NCBI RefSeq assembly: GCF_009914755.1
Contig: NC_060925.1
Length of the DNA stretch: 64,000 nt
DNA from: the human T2T-CHM13v2.0 reference genome, Homo sapiens
Direction: 5' to 3' (one strand)
Below, in pieces: positions 44,595 through 57,590 of the stretch (position 1 is its first letter; every line of letters begins with the position of its first letter). The notes beneath the pieces are model-generated. The model searched no databases, was not told where the DNA came from, and saw only the letters and a list, made by a program, of their open reading frames with translations. Position numbers and translations under genes: made by a program.

Positions 44595-44695
44595 TGGCAC
44601 CTTCTTGCCATGCAGCCATGTCATGGTGTCACTTGTCACGTTTCCTGGCACCTTCTTGCCATGCAGCAATGTCATGATGTCATTTGTCACGTTTC
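44595..44695 (+). repeat. 51-bp tandem duplication (2 copies)
   Basis: TGGCACCTTCTTGCCATGCAGC...TTGTCACGTTTC at 44595 and 44646 with ~3 mismatches. Confidence 0.93.
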
Positions 44696-46039
44696 TGTTC
44701 CATTCTTTTCGAGCAAGCAGGAAGCCACGGGGCTACCTCAGTTGCTCTTAGCCAGTAGCTCTCTCCACAGGTAGGCCTTCATCGGAGGGGAAAAGCCACC
44801 TTAGGGTTCCAGAGCTCAAGGGCGAATGATGCTTTCCACCCACTAATTTAAATACGGAAGCATCAGATTGTCTGCTTCTCAAGGAAAAGAGCTGTTACCA
44901 TCTCTGTCTCTTCAATGGGACCCACTCCTGGGCCCCACAGCAGGGCAGGTGCTCAGATGAATGGTGGCCGCCTGCCTGTGTCAGAGGGTCGGCCTAGGCA
45001 GGTTCCCCAGTCCGCTGGCCCGGGACGTCCTCCTCTCTCCCGGCCGCTCACTGTTCAGGACAGCCCGGGCCCCCCCCTGGGGCCTTGCAGGAGAGCTTCT
45101 GTGATCCACTGGGTGGCTTTGAGGGTAGCTCCCAGGAAAGGCTGCCTCAGCCCCAGCGTGATGGGGACGGGTAGGGGCCGATGAGGCTTCCCAGAGCAGC
45201 GATGGCCTTAGGTATTGCCAGAAGGAAACCTACTTTTCCTCCAAGATCAGAGGGAAGGATGAGGTGGGGTGTTGGAGCATCACCATATATATACATCACA
45301 CACACAGGGAAACACTCCTACTTGGATGGAGGATCTTTGCTGTTCTGTTGAGGCCAGCCTGATCCTGGAGGCAGGGCAGGGCCTGGCTGTTGCCCAGGCT
45401 CCAAAGAGGCGCCAGGGCGTCCCTTAGTCCTTACACTTTCTCCAGAACCTGCGGGCAGCAGGAGGCCCTTGTCGGGACAGGCAAGGGGGGCGGTGGTGCG
45501 GAATTGTGGGCGTGGCAGTCGGAGGCGCCAAGCCCGGGGAGGCGGGGCTTCCTGGGAGCATGCGTAGTGCCGGCTCTGCCTGGGCGGGGTCCTAGGCTGC
45601 TGCTCCCGCCTCCCCCGGCACAGGTAGGGCGCCCCGCAGACCCGGACAACGCTGGGTGTGGCTGAAAACAGGGAGTCATGGTGCGTTCTGGGGAAGGGTC
45701 AGGGCTGGGGGCTCGGGCCCCTGGACCAAAGACTCTAGCCAAATCCATCGGAGGCTGAGCAGGGCGATGGGGCAGGGCCGGGGGAGCCGTGGGGAAATGG
45801 GAGGGTGTGGGCCGAGCAGCGCCGGAGGCAGGTACCGACCATCGCCGGGTTTCCCAGAGGGCAGTGGTACCTGTGCCCACATGTGCGGCCTTTTTTGTAA
45901 AGGAACCTATCCCAACCCGAAGGCCCAAACGTGTGGCCGTGTAAGTTTAGTTGTGCCCGGAGTCCCAGGAGAGCCCGGACTGAGGGCAGCCAGAGGCCGG
46001 TGTCCGCAGAACGGCCCACGAGGCCTTCGGCTCAGTAGC

Positions 46040-46252
46040 CTGGAGTTTGAAATGCACCTTGAGCTTTAATGGCCTTTTCCTTGTGAGAATTCGAGTTAAC
46101 GTGCCTGCTGGTGCTTTTGATGGGTGAGGACGGTGAGGCAGGCCACACATCTCGCTTCTTTCCAGAACACTTCTGGGTAGTCGTTCAATTCCACATTTAA
46201 TCCAAAGCCAACAGTTCCATGGGTGACTGTGCTGCTGGCTGTAGGAAGCCGA
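46040..46252 (-). other. AKT3: Probable non-coding terminal exon of the AKT3 short-C-terminus isoform (3' end approximate)
   Basis: Minus-strand acceptor atcctcatctgtccacAG|TCGGC (plus ct 46253-54; second candidate AG at 46239-40); ATTAAA on minus at 46070-46065; distance from the 57540 donor (~11.3 kb) agrees with my recollection of the variant-2 structure. Confidence 0.65.
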
Positions 46253-46815
46253 CTGTGGACAGATGAGGATAATGGTCTGAGTGAATTAGCAAGTCTGGAG
46301 AGGAGCGCCCATCAGCAGAATGACAAATTTAGGATCTTTAAAGACATCTGGTCAGCGATGCCGGAGCTCGTGATTGACTGAGTGATTAATAATGGAAAAC
46401 CCTTACTTCAGTGTTTCCACGGCCCTCACCCACTTCCCCAGCCGGGGCGGCCGTCTGCTCAGCCTGCCAGAGACCTTTCCAGCTGAACAATGGCGGCATT
46501 TAGGCCCCTCATCTTTGACCTCTGCTTGGGAGTTCAAAGCTTCCTTTTCCTTCTACTTACCCCACTTATCTGCGTGTTTTCTAATTGATAGTGTACTGAG
46601 ATGGCTCCCAGTTCCCACGCACATTTGCTAGAATGTTACCTTCACACAGTGCGTACCAAGGACCTAGTGCCAGCCAGAGCCTGGCACCTCAGGGTCACCC
46701 TAGGCGTCCTGCTCATGGTTCCCTATCAGGGGCTTCCCTCAGATACACACAGCCCCTGGGCCTGTTGAAAGGCTGACGTTATCCCTCTTTAATTCTGCGG
46801 TGGATTTTTCTCCAG

Positions 46816-46942
46816 GCTAAGGCAGCTGGATAAGCACAGCCAGGCCACAGCCCAGCAGCTGGTGCAGCTCCTCAGCAAGCAGAACCAGCTTCTCCTGGAG
46901 AGGCAGAGCCTGTCGGAAGAGGTGGACCGGCTGCGGACCCAG
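46816..46942 (+). CDS. SDCCAG8: SDCCAG8 penultimate coding exon (127 nt): (R)LRQLDKHSQATAQQLVQLLSKQNQLLLERQSLSEEVDRLRTQ, coiled-coil
   Basis: Acceptor tttttctccAG|G at 46814-15; donor CAG|GTactg at 46943; 1 nt plus 42 open codons with heptad Leu/Gln pattern; peptide recognised as the SDCCAG8 (NPHP10/BBS16) C-terminal region; phase 0 end joins in frame to 57560. Confidence 0.96.
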
Positions 46943-49929
46943 GTACTGTGCAGAACGCGGCGCAGGTGGGAGTCCTTGGGCGGGCGTCTACAGGTGGATC
47001 TTTTATGCACCTCAACAGGCCGGCTTTCTCACGGATCACATCGGTTAGCAGTAAGCTGGGAGGGAGGTCCCGAAGACTGTGCTGGGCACAGTGCAGGACC
47101 CAGAGAAGCGGAGCCATGGGCCCGTCCTGGTGAGGGAGTTAAAGTCCGTGCAGGTGAACAGACCCCGGCCCGCGAATCAACGAACCACACCGAGTGCCAA
47201 GTTGCGCCGTGCAGGCTGCGGAGGGTGCGAGAGCAGGGAGAAGCGGGAGGACGGCCGTGGGCGGCAGAACAGGCTTTTTGGAGGATGGTGGCCTTGAGCT
47301 GCCTCTGAAGGTCGTGTATGGTTTGAATTGGTTGAGGAAAGAGGTGTTCCCAATTAGCAAAGTCGTCTTGAATGGAAGGCAGGCATCTCATCCTAAATTA
47401 GCTGACTGATTACTGGGCTAATATCTGGAGTGCTTGCAGAGCACCCGGCAGTGTTACACACAGAACATGCATTAATTCCCTTTACCCTTGAACAAGCAGG
47501 CGATGCTGACTTTATTGTCTTCATGGTTTAGATAGGGAAACTAAGGCCCAGACAAGCATTACAGCTGGCAAGTAGGGACACCGCAAACGGAGGCTAAGCC
47601 TGACTCCACAGCCCAGGCTTTCCCCATTCAGGTTAGATCCGGGGCCACCAGCAGGGAAAAGGGAGGAAGGAAAGTGTCCCGGTGAATTTGGAACACAGTA
47701 TGAAACCTCGTTTGCTAAATCGCTTCTCTTCCTGTCAGAGAGGCTGTGCATTTTGCCCCGTCAAGCAGTTTGTTAGGATAATGAGGTGGTCCGTGGGCTG
47801 ACCAAGGCCTCCGCCTTTAATTAGGATTGCACCCAGGTGCTCTGTGAGTGCCCTGGGGACTTCAGGCAGTAAGTGCTTGGAATGATTAATATGAAAAATG
47901 CATCTGGAAATGAAAACGAAGAGGAGTCTCATTCTCCTCACAAAATGACCCTGTGCTCAAGGAACCTGTAAGTACTGACTTTTCCCACTCGGTCCAAAAT
48001 CCCTCTGCCAAACATGTGTTCACAGACAGTAAATGAGCACACCCAGGCGCCACGGAGCTAAGGCCTGGAGGTGGAAATGCCTCTACTGTCCCCATGCTTC
48101 TGAGACTGCTCCCAGGGACTGTGGGGGAGCGGGCCGCTCAAAGTCCGAGCCACAGCCGCACTGCCACAGCTAATCTAGGAGGCGAGGCCTCACCTGGCAC
48201 GCTCCATGGCAGGGCCCTGGAACCTGAATTTTGCCAAGCTGTTGGGATGATTCTGGACGACACTACATTTTGAAAACCTCTGAAGTGTTTGGAGCTGGAA
48301 AGAACAGAGAATTATTCCAGGTTGTGTCACTGTGCTGAATCCCCTGCCCCCGCTTCGGACAAGTAACTTAAGCCTTTTTCCAGCCTCAGTTTCTCCTCTG
48401 CACAGTGGGCATGGTGCACGCCTGGCTTCACGGGCTACTGGGAGTGCTGAGTGCAGGCGGGATGCCCCACGGGCCCTTGGGCACACAGGCTGAGGACGTG
48501 TGAGGGTGTTTCCTTTCTCCCTCATCTTCAGAGGGTCCTGGGAGAGGTTCAGGGAAGGCAGAGGCCTGCAGAGCAGCAGCTGTGGGACCAGTGCCACTCC
48601 CCTCCCCTCTGCTTTCAGGATGACCCCCTCATCCTCCACCAGACCCAGCCCAGAACCCAGCCCTGTGGGCAGGTCCCCAGGGAGGGCCCCAGCAGCACCT
48701 GCTTTAGGCCTGGCCAGCCAAAGATCAGGACCACTGGAGCCACTAGGTCTCCTGGCAGGTGACTAGGCTCTTGTCACATAGGAGGGAGGGACCGTGACTC
48801 CTGGCATGAGTGAATCTTCAGCCTCTAAAGCCAAGAACTCTGTCAGACCTCAGGTTGTGGGGAGTCTTCCGTGGAAGCTGGAGCACACGGCAGCTTCCTT
48901 TGGGCTCTGGACTAGATCAGGAGAACGTGGGCTTTGCCTTTTAACTCCCCATCTGCCTGCTTTACAGCACACTTAGATCTTAACATGGATCACCGATGCT
49001 TAGAAGCTTCTTCCAGGGCTTTAAAAATCTGGCTATTGCCAAATGAGTTGCAAAATTTTCACAAAACGCATTAAAAAAACCCCAAACCTCAAAAAATCCT
49101 CAGAAAAACTAGCAGGTCTTTCTTTCTTCTTTTGCCTGAAGCAACAGCAATGATTTGCCCATTCCTGTGCTATCTGATACTGGCCCATCTGGCTCATCTC
49201 TAAAGCGGCCTTTCAGATTCAAATATTACACTTGGAGTTATTTTAATATGAACATGACAAAAGAAATTTGGTAGAGGGAATGTTGGCTTTCAGTTGCAAA
49301 TACTAGTGGTCAGAGAGGAGGCAGGGATCCAGGTTTGCAAGCTCTCTGCTGAATATCTAAACCCAGAGCCTGCTTTTTCTGGCTAAGCCTGGCCTTCACC
49401 TCTAGGTAGGGGCTGTCAGTGGGCTTCAGCCTCTGCGATGCCTTCTTGTCATGGAATCAGCTTGAGTTGTGAGTTAGGCTTCTGCTGAGCCATGATGTGG
49501 GCGAGGCTGCTGTAGGTTCGAGCAGGTATTTTGGATGCGGTGCCGCCTGAGGGCTCCGGAGTGCTCAGCCACCCTCTCTGTTTTCCTGGAGTGGCCTGTG
49601 GGTCCAGATCTTGGGCAGCTGAGGGTTAGAGCTGTCCTCATGTCCGGGTTAGAGATGGTTTAACTAAAGGCTTCCGTTTTCTCAGCCTGGATGAGTTAAG
49701 CTTAACTTAATTTTGCATGTCAAACTCTAAACATCTCTGTCCACTTAATACCCAGAAGAGAATGGGTCGGGCAATGGTTCCAAAGCAAAGTCCACCCCTT
49801 TCCTTCCCTCCCTGTCCTGGGTCCTGAGCCCCGCTGCCCCTGGTGGTGGGGCTCAGGCTGGCCTGTGGCCTCCAACAGGAAGTGTCTAGCCTGTTGGCAG
49901 GCTTCATTATTCTAATTGTTTCTGCTTGA

Positions 49930-50725
<796 letters not shown>

Positions 50726-53700
50726 TAGGGTGACTACAAATAATGGCATTATTGATCTCCTGCCTCACCTGGGTTCGGAAACAACTTCAAGAAAATAGCT
50801 TTTAAATGTCATGAAATGGCTCTTACTTGTCCTTGTGGAGAAACAGACACTGAAGCACTAGCCCAGCTTTGCCTAGATGCAGTTCCCCACACTCTGTATT
50901 CCGGGAGGGTCAGGGCCTCCAGACACACACCCTGGCCTGTCTTTTGTTTGAGACTGGGCTGGGTAGTCGCACTCTCGCCCTCTTGAGAGGCAGGCCCTGG
51001 CTGGGGGAGGCTGAAACCTTGGTGGTGGGGGTGGGGGGAGGGGGATTCGGGGTGAGGGTGGTGGGTCTCAGGGGAGTTTGGGCAGGGCCTGACAGCTTGG
51101 AGCAGGGTCAGGGGTCTGCGGCCCAGAGCCTGGGGGCTCTAACATCTGGCTAGGAAGGTTGGAGCCAGCTGGTGAGGAAACATGAGTCTTGGGGAGAATG
51201 GCATCTGGGACAGGGGAAAACAGAAATTATCTGTCCACTTAGAGGATGGTCTCAACCATCAAGATGATTTTCTGTGTCTGCTTTCTTATTTGGTAATGAA
51301 TACGGTTTTGGCTGACTTGCATTTTCTGGTAGCCGTCGTATCCTGAGCAGGCTGCTTGGTTCTGTCTGCAGTGTTCAATCTGGGGAGTGATTCCCTTTTA
51401 GTCCCCTCATATGAATCACTTACAGTTTAGAAAACAGAGTCGGAAACTGACTTGTCAGTGGTTAATCAGTTGGCCCTATGACTTTTAAGCATTCTTGGCA
51501 GTGAATTTACTTTCTAATTTGATTTAAACTTGTGCATGGATCCAGCAGCCATATGTGATTATATTCAAGATCATCGACATTATCTCATTATACCAAAGGA
51601 CTCATAGAAGAGAGCCGAAAACAAGCAGGGGACACAGAGACACAGAAGATGATGAAGGGAGGAAAGGCCCATTGCAACTGGAAGCAAAGGGAGAAGGGAG
51701 GTTCTAGAAAAGTGACAGCTCTCAGGGAGCAAGACTCCCTGCCGAGGGAGGCCTGGCTGCAAGGCGGAGCTGCTGCAGGCTGCCCATGTTAGGCCTTGGA
51801 GGTGTCACCTAATTTACTGTGGTCCTTCCAGGAGCCCTGGGGGCCTCGCCCAGCTGACTTAGGAGCTACCACAAAGTTAGCTACCTGTAAGACAGATGGT
51901 GCTTGAATAGAACAGCAAATACATTGAATAAAATAAATTAAAAAGCCTCCTCCTGAACCAAGATTTTTTGGAAAGAATTCTAAATAGATGAAAACAAACA
52001 ATTTGATTTCAACCAAATTGTTGTTTTTTTGTTTTTATCCTGATTTTCACCCGAATTGTCAGTCTCAAAAATAAACACTGATACATTCCCAGAAAATATT
52101 TTTCAAATAAAAACTGACTCTGTTAAAGTTTGCCCTGATTCTTTCAAAACTGTGTACAAGACACTGTCAACCAAAGTGACTTGCATATTTTTTTAAATAA
52201 ACTTGAACATATGCAGCTAAAATGTCATTAACTCCCTGCTGCCTGAGTGTTTTTAAAAAATGACACAAGACCCTGGGTGCTGCATGTCTAACATAAGCAT
52301 CTCGCGACCTTCGGAGAAACTTCCCCAAACACCTCCAACAGCAGACAGTTAAACTTTTTGTTTTTTGACTGAGCGCCCCGTGTATAATTAATATTGAAAA
52401 GCGCATAGGGCTTCATTTTAGCCAGACTTGCTCTTCCGTTAACAGTTCACTTTGTCCAAGAGTGAGTACTTTCAGAATAAGAATCATGGGAGAAAAGTCA
52501 ATTGAATTTTATATTCCTTCAGATACATTCGCTCTACTTATTGCTTCCTGAGTCAGACATTACATTTCACAATATAAATTCACAATCAAGATTTTAAAGG
52601 GAGCTAAATATTTTAATCCAATTAGACAAGTGAACAAAACACTGAATATTGCATGTAGTGTAGATAAGTGGTTCTTGCCTTTAAAAGACTGTAATTCCGT
52701 CACATTACAACCCCAAATGTCAGTGTTGTCTTTATTTTTAACACTTTCAAACATGAGGCAGCCAGAGGCTCCACTCTCTGCTGTTGGTGACACTGTCTGT
52801 CCTTTGGGAATTCTTAAAATCTATTTACCATGGAAACATGGTTCATATAAAACACAGACCTGCCTGTGTGTAGAGGAAGTTCTCATGACTCAGGGGACTT
52901 GAGAAAGCTGGAAGATGACAAACTCAGACCCCACGGTTGGGAAGGAACCCTTGGGCTTGGGTGCGCCCTGGGGAGGACAGGTGGCACCGCAGAGCCAGGG
53001 CCTCCACCCCGGCCTCATGTGTGCTGGGGCCTCCCTGGCCTGTGCGGGGCCGCCTCCCTCTCCCCGCCAAGTCCAGCTCGAGATGCTGTCTTACGGAACG
53101 TCCCACTTCATGTCTGCAAGGCGGCCTTCTCTGTGGATACCTTTCCATTCCTCTGGTTTCTGCGGCCCTGTTCCTTTCTCGGAGCCCAGAAGCAGCAAAG
53201 CCAAGCCCTGCGGTGGAAGGGAAGGAGGGCTTTGAACTCTGACTGCGGTGTGGAGGCTGTTATCAGGGGCCCAGCCGGGCAGCCAGGAGGGAAGAATGGC
53301 CGCTGCCCTGCGATGGCCTTAACCGTGAGCCCCCGCCTGCTTTGCAGCTGGCAGAGCCAGGTTCCTGGAAAGGCCTGACCCGGAGGGGACGAGGCCCCTC
53401 AGTGAGAACTTCAGTCGCTGTGCTGGGGACAGCAGGGCCGCAGGGGCCTGAGGGTGGCTGACTGCCCCTCGGCTCTGTAGAGGAGTGCTCCCTTCTGACA
53501 GGTGGGCGGTCCTGCTCGAAGGCCGCGTTTCCCCGACGTTCTGCCCAGCATGCTGAGGGCACCTCTCTCCTCAGTGCGTTGGTGGCGAGCCAGAGCTCAC
53601 GTGGCTTATTTCATCCAGGTTGCCTTCCCAATTTGGCAGCTTAATTCCGTAGATATCAAACTGGCTGCCCCTCATCTGCCAGAGCAAGCAGGAGAGCCTC

Positions 53701-55556
53701 GCATGGGAGAGTCTGGACTTTGAGGTCAAACTGCCTGGATTCGAATCTCAGCTCTGCGTTGCTTCAGAGACATGTGTTAGCTTTCATGTCACTTGATTTC
53801 TGGCAGAGAAAAAGAAAGAACCAGCTTCCCTTTAAAAGGAAGTGCCTCATATTACCCAGAGCCCAGCACAGATGATTATGAAACCAACAGGATTAGTGCT
53901 GAGATCATTGTGGGCTTGAAAGGGCCATTTGAGATAAATAACCATTTTGTACAGATAGAAAAATAAGGCCCAGAGAAATGAAGTGAATGGAATTGGGAAG
54001 TGGCTGGGCAGGGAAATGAACTTCTTCTCAGGCCACAGGATGTGTGGATGGGGGCAGGTACCCGAGCGGGTGCGGGCGGAGCCGGGCCTGGCTGGAACAG
54101 CTGCCGAGCCCTGGCCCCGGTGCCCAGAACACGAGGCGGAGGCGGGAGGCGAGCCACCAAGCGAGGCAGGGGCTGCCCTGGAGCTCTGTCAACTCAGGGC
54201 CAGCTTTGAAATGCCCCAGATGGAGGTAGGGGGAGGGGCCTGCCCTCTCCAGTTACAAATGGATGCTTTATTGCCAGACACACAAGGAACAGGACCACGT
54301 TTTGACTTGGCCAAACAGAGACAGCGTGCCAGTGAGCAGAGCGGACAGCAGGGGGGGAAGGGGTTGTTACCTTCAGAAGGGTTGGCTAGAGCCACCCACG
54401 GAGACAGTGAAGTGCGAAGCCCGGGCAGGTCTCCTGTGAGCAGGGGCGAGGGGTGCCACCATCTCCCCGGGCTGCCACTTCTGGCTGGTTTGGGAACAAA
54501 GCAGCAGCAAAGGCTGGCTGGACCCCACAGTGTGGTTGCCTGGGGAACAGTTCAGGTCACCCAGAGCAACTGATTTCTTACACTCAGAACTTAACAAACT
54601 TTAGAAATAAATGAGGCAGGGTTTGTGGAGAGATGACTCCGATAGGATTTAAAATGAGAACAAAGAAAATGGGTTAGCAGCTGTGTGCCTGCAGATGGGG
54701 GCACGTTTCCACCACCTGTGGACAGCACGGCAGGGGAGCAGTGGCCAGGGCGCCCTGTCGCCCCCCTCTGAGCTGCAGGACAGCCACAGGAGGGCCACAG
54801 CAAGGGCCATGATGACAAATGGAAGGGCAGAAGGACGGGAGACACTGGCTGAGGGCTCATGTCCCACTGGCATACGCACGCTCTACTCTCCTGGACGAGA
54901 CCATGATCACTGTGGTGTTGATGACAGGACTTCCTGGAAATAAGCATCGTGGATATCCCTAATGGCAGACAAGCCAGATGTGGGCAGTAACTAAGGCTTC
55001 TGTCTCGGTCAGAGAAATGTGTGTTACCAAAGAGTCAGCAAATGGAGGCGACAAAACGGTGACCTCCTAGGACAAATTATCCAGCCCTCCAGTGCTGACT
55101 GAACGCTCACCATGGGTCAGGCACGGCTGTAGGCACGGGTGGGGGGGGGGGGCGTTGAGCAGTGAACGGTAAGTTCAACAGTGTGAAAGTGGGGATGGAT
55201 ATGGGGCTTCTCACCTGAACCGCAGGAAATACAAAGCCCATAGAGATGGCCATGGCTGATCTGCCGCAGGAAGGAATCAGGCTGACTTTTGATTGGTTCC
55301 TGGTGAGGCCCGTACATCTGTGTCACCCCCATGCAGGCCCACGGAATCAGGAGGTCACCCGTTTCTGGAACAGCTCCGATAGTGATAAATTGCTAGGTGG
55401 CCTGGGAGCCCACAGGCATTATGTAGACTCATCATGAGAAATGCCTGTTTCCTGGAGCTTATCAAAAAATTCCGCAACACATTTTACTTTTACTTCAGGT
55501 CTTTACGCCTATTCTGTATTGTGTGTACGTGGGTGTGTTCTCTACCCAAAATTCAT

Positions 55557-55776
55557 CACTGCAGCCTTGAATTCTGGGCTACAGCAATTCTCCTACATCA
55601 GCCTTTTGAGTCGCTGGGACTACAGGGGTGCGCCACCACACATGGCTAATTTTTACAATTTTTTTTGTAGAGATGAGGTCTCACTATGTTGCCCAGGCTG
55701 GTCTCGAACTCCTGGACTCAAGCGATCCTATTGCCCCAGCCTCCCAAAGCACTGGGATTACAGGTGTGAGCCACTG
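55557..55776 (-). mobile_element. AluJ-like, partial
   Basis: cactgcagccttgaattctgggct...ggactcaagcgatcc...gtgagccactg. Confidence 0.88.
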
Positions 55777-57542
55777 TTGGGTTGTTTTTCTTTTGAAGTG
55801 TTATCTGTTGGGATTTATGCTTATCCCTTTTGTATTCAGTCATCCTAGCATTTCTAAAGTTAGGAAGCCACTGTGTCAAGAGCGAGGCCACCAGGCCACC
55901 TGCCTTATGTGGCCAATCCATGGAGCAGGGGTGGAGGGCCATTCAAACCAGTCATTTAGCAGGACTGTGCTGGGTCAGTTCGATCACCTGGCCTGGAGGG
56001 CACGTCAGCTTGGTGCAAACCCTGCGTTTGACAATCAGATCGTGTTGGTGGCAGTCTCCGTGCTGTCAGTATCCCACTGAGGACAGAAGGGAGTCCCCTC
56101 TGCAATGGCAGGGCTCTAGGGCATAGTGCATGGGGTGGACTCCTCATGGGCCACTCAGACAGGGCCTGGAGAACAAAGCATCCCGTGGGCCCAGGAAATT
56201 GTCCACCTGGCTCCACGGGCCTGGGAGGGCTGTGTGCATGGGATGGCAGGTTTACGAGGAGGAGTGAGGCCTCCTGCCGGAGCCCCACCTGCATTCAGCC
56301 TGAGGCCAGGCCCCCCACCTACTCTAACTACCCTGCTGAGACCACCCCACTACTCACAGACCTGTTCAAGAAAAAGTTGTCCTCAGGGTCTCTCACACAC
56401 TGGGAAATCTACTTGAAATGTAAACATTACTTTTTCTCATTTTTCATAAAAGGCAACAGGCTGATGTTCATATATTTCTCTTGAATGCGGATTCAGTTTC
56501 ACTCATTGCCCTGTCTTGGAAATCCCCATGTTAATGATGGCTTAAATTAGGTTGATAGAGTCCTCCCTTGGAGTCCAGCTTGGAAAATCCTCACTGGAGA
56601 GGGGCAGGCCCACTTCTCTTTTTGGAAGATGGTTCCTAACTAAAGAAAGAGGGACCAGATTGGGCCCCTGGCCCTGCAGTGCGTCCCAATTTATCTGACG
56701 TAGAAACCGGGATTTGGAAAATACCATCCTGGCTTTTCTCTGGACTTCACAATCTAGAGGGCGAGGACTGTGGCCCAGTCACCTTCCCACACAGTGCACA
56801 GTAGAAACTCCAGACATGCTTTGTGGAGTGGAAACATTTCCAGTGGCTTCTGACTCTAGTTCCTGATGTGGTTTAAACTAATTTGGGCAGCCATGGCAGC
56901 AGAGGCCAGGAACAGTATTCAATACTTTCTGAACTTGTGATTCTCCCCCAACCTGATCTGCATGAAGCTACTTTGGAACATTTGTATCTGCGTAAAACTA
57001 AGAGACCTCAGTACACCCAATCCCCTCTTCCAACACATGTGAGGTTTCCATGTGAAAGTACTTTTTCATAGGTTACAATAAATTGCTTGCAGTTACAAAT
57101 TTGGAGGTGTTTCAGCTTGTATTGTTTCACGAGGAATTTCTTAGGGGCACTTGGCCTACACCCTGTTTTTGTTCTAGAATTACCTGCCGTTAAGGTCAGA
57201 TAAATTTTCAGTAAACAGATTATGGCACAAATCAATGTGTCCTTTCCCGGACAGAAGAGATGGCTCTCTGGCCATGTCCTAACACCAGACTGTCCTTATT
57301 TAAGAGGCAGGCGTGTCTTTTGTCTAGGTTGTCTTCAAATTTAACCCATTAAACCAGTTAACCTTATTTCATATGTGAAGGGCTTTGATGTGGACAAGAT
57401 GAGGCACAAACTTTTCATATAATTTCCACATTTTTAGCAACAGGTTTTTTTCTCCAACAACAGTTTTCATCATAAAAGGTGACTAAACCAGCAAATGAGA
57501 AGACAAATAACATTGAAGAACATGAGCTATTGAAACTTACTT

Positions 57543-57548
57543 TTTATT
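57543..57548 (-). terminator. AKT3: AKT3 distal poly(A) signal AATAAA
   Basis: Plus-strand TTTATT at 57543-48, overlapping the TAA stop of the alternative exon. Confidence 0.8.
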
Positions 57549-57590
57549 ATTTTTTCCAGTTACCCAGCATGCCACAATCTGATTGCTGAC
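57547..57590 (-). CDS. AKT3: AKT3 alternative C-terminal exon (PKB-gamma1 / isoform 2), coding part: (C)QQSDCGMLGNWKK*; exon 57590-57541
   Basis: Minus-strand acceptor tcatttatttcactctgttccatccAG| (plus ct 57591-92); same phase as the canonical exon (2 nt first); peptide recognised as the C-terminus of the AKT3 variant lacking Ser472; donor AAA|GTAAGT at 57540-57535. Confidence 0.92.
57560..57589 (+). CDS. SDCCAG8: SDCCAG8 last coding exon, coding part: LPSMPQSDC*
   Basis: Acceptor ctttttattattttttccAG| at 57558-59; TTA CCC AGC ATG CCA CAA TCT GAT TGC TGA; matches the recalled SDCCAG8 C-terminus. Confidence 0.95.
   Translation, partial: LPSMPQSDC

Noticed and set aside
46862-47308. 148-aa ORF as a stand-alone gene
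   Set aside because: Only 46862-46942 is real (SDCCAG8 exon); the start is an internal GTG and the rest is intron.
55141-55153. G13 homopolymer
   Set aside because: Isolated mononucleotide run with no supporting context.
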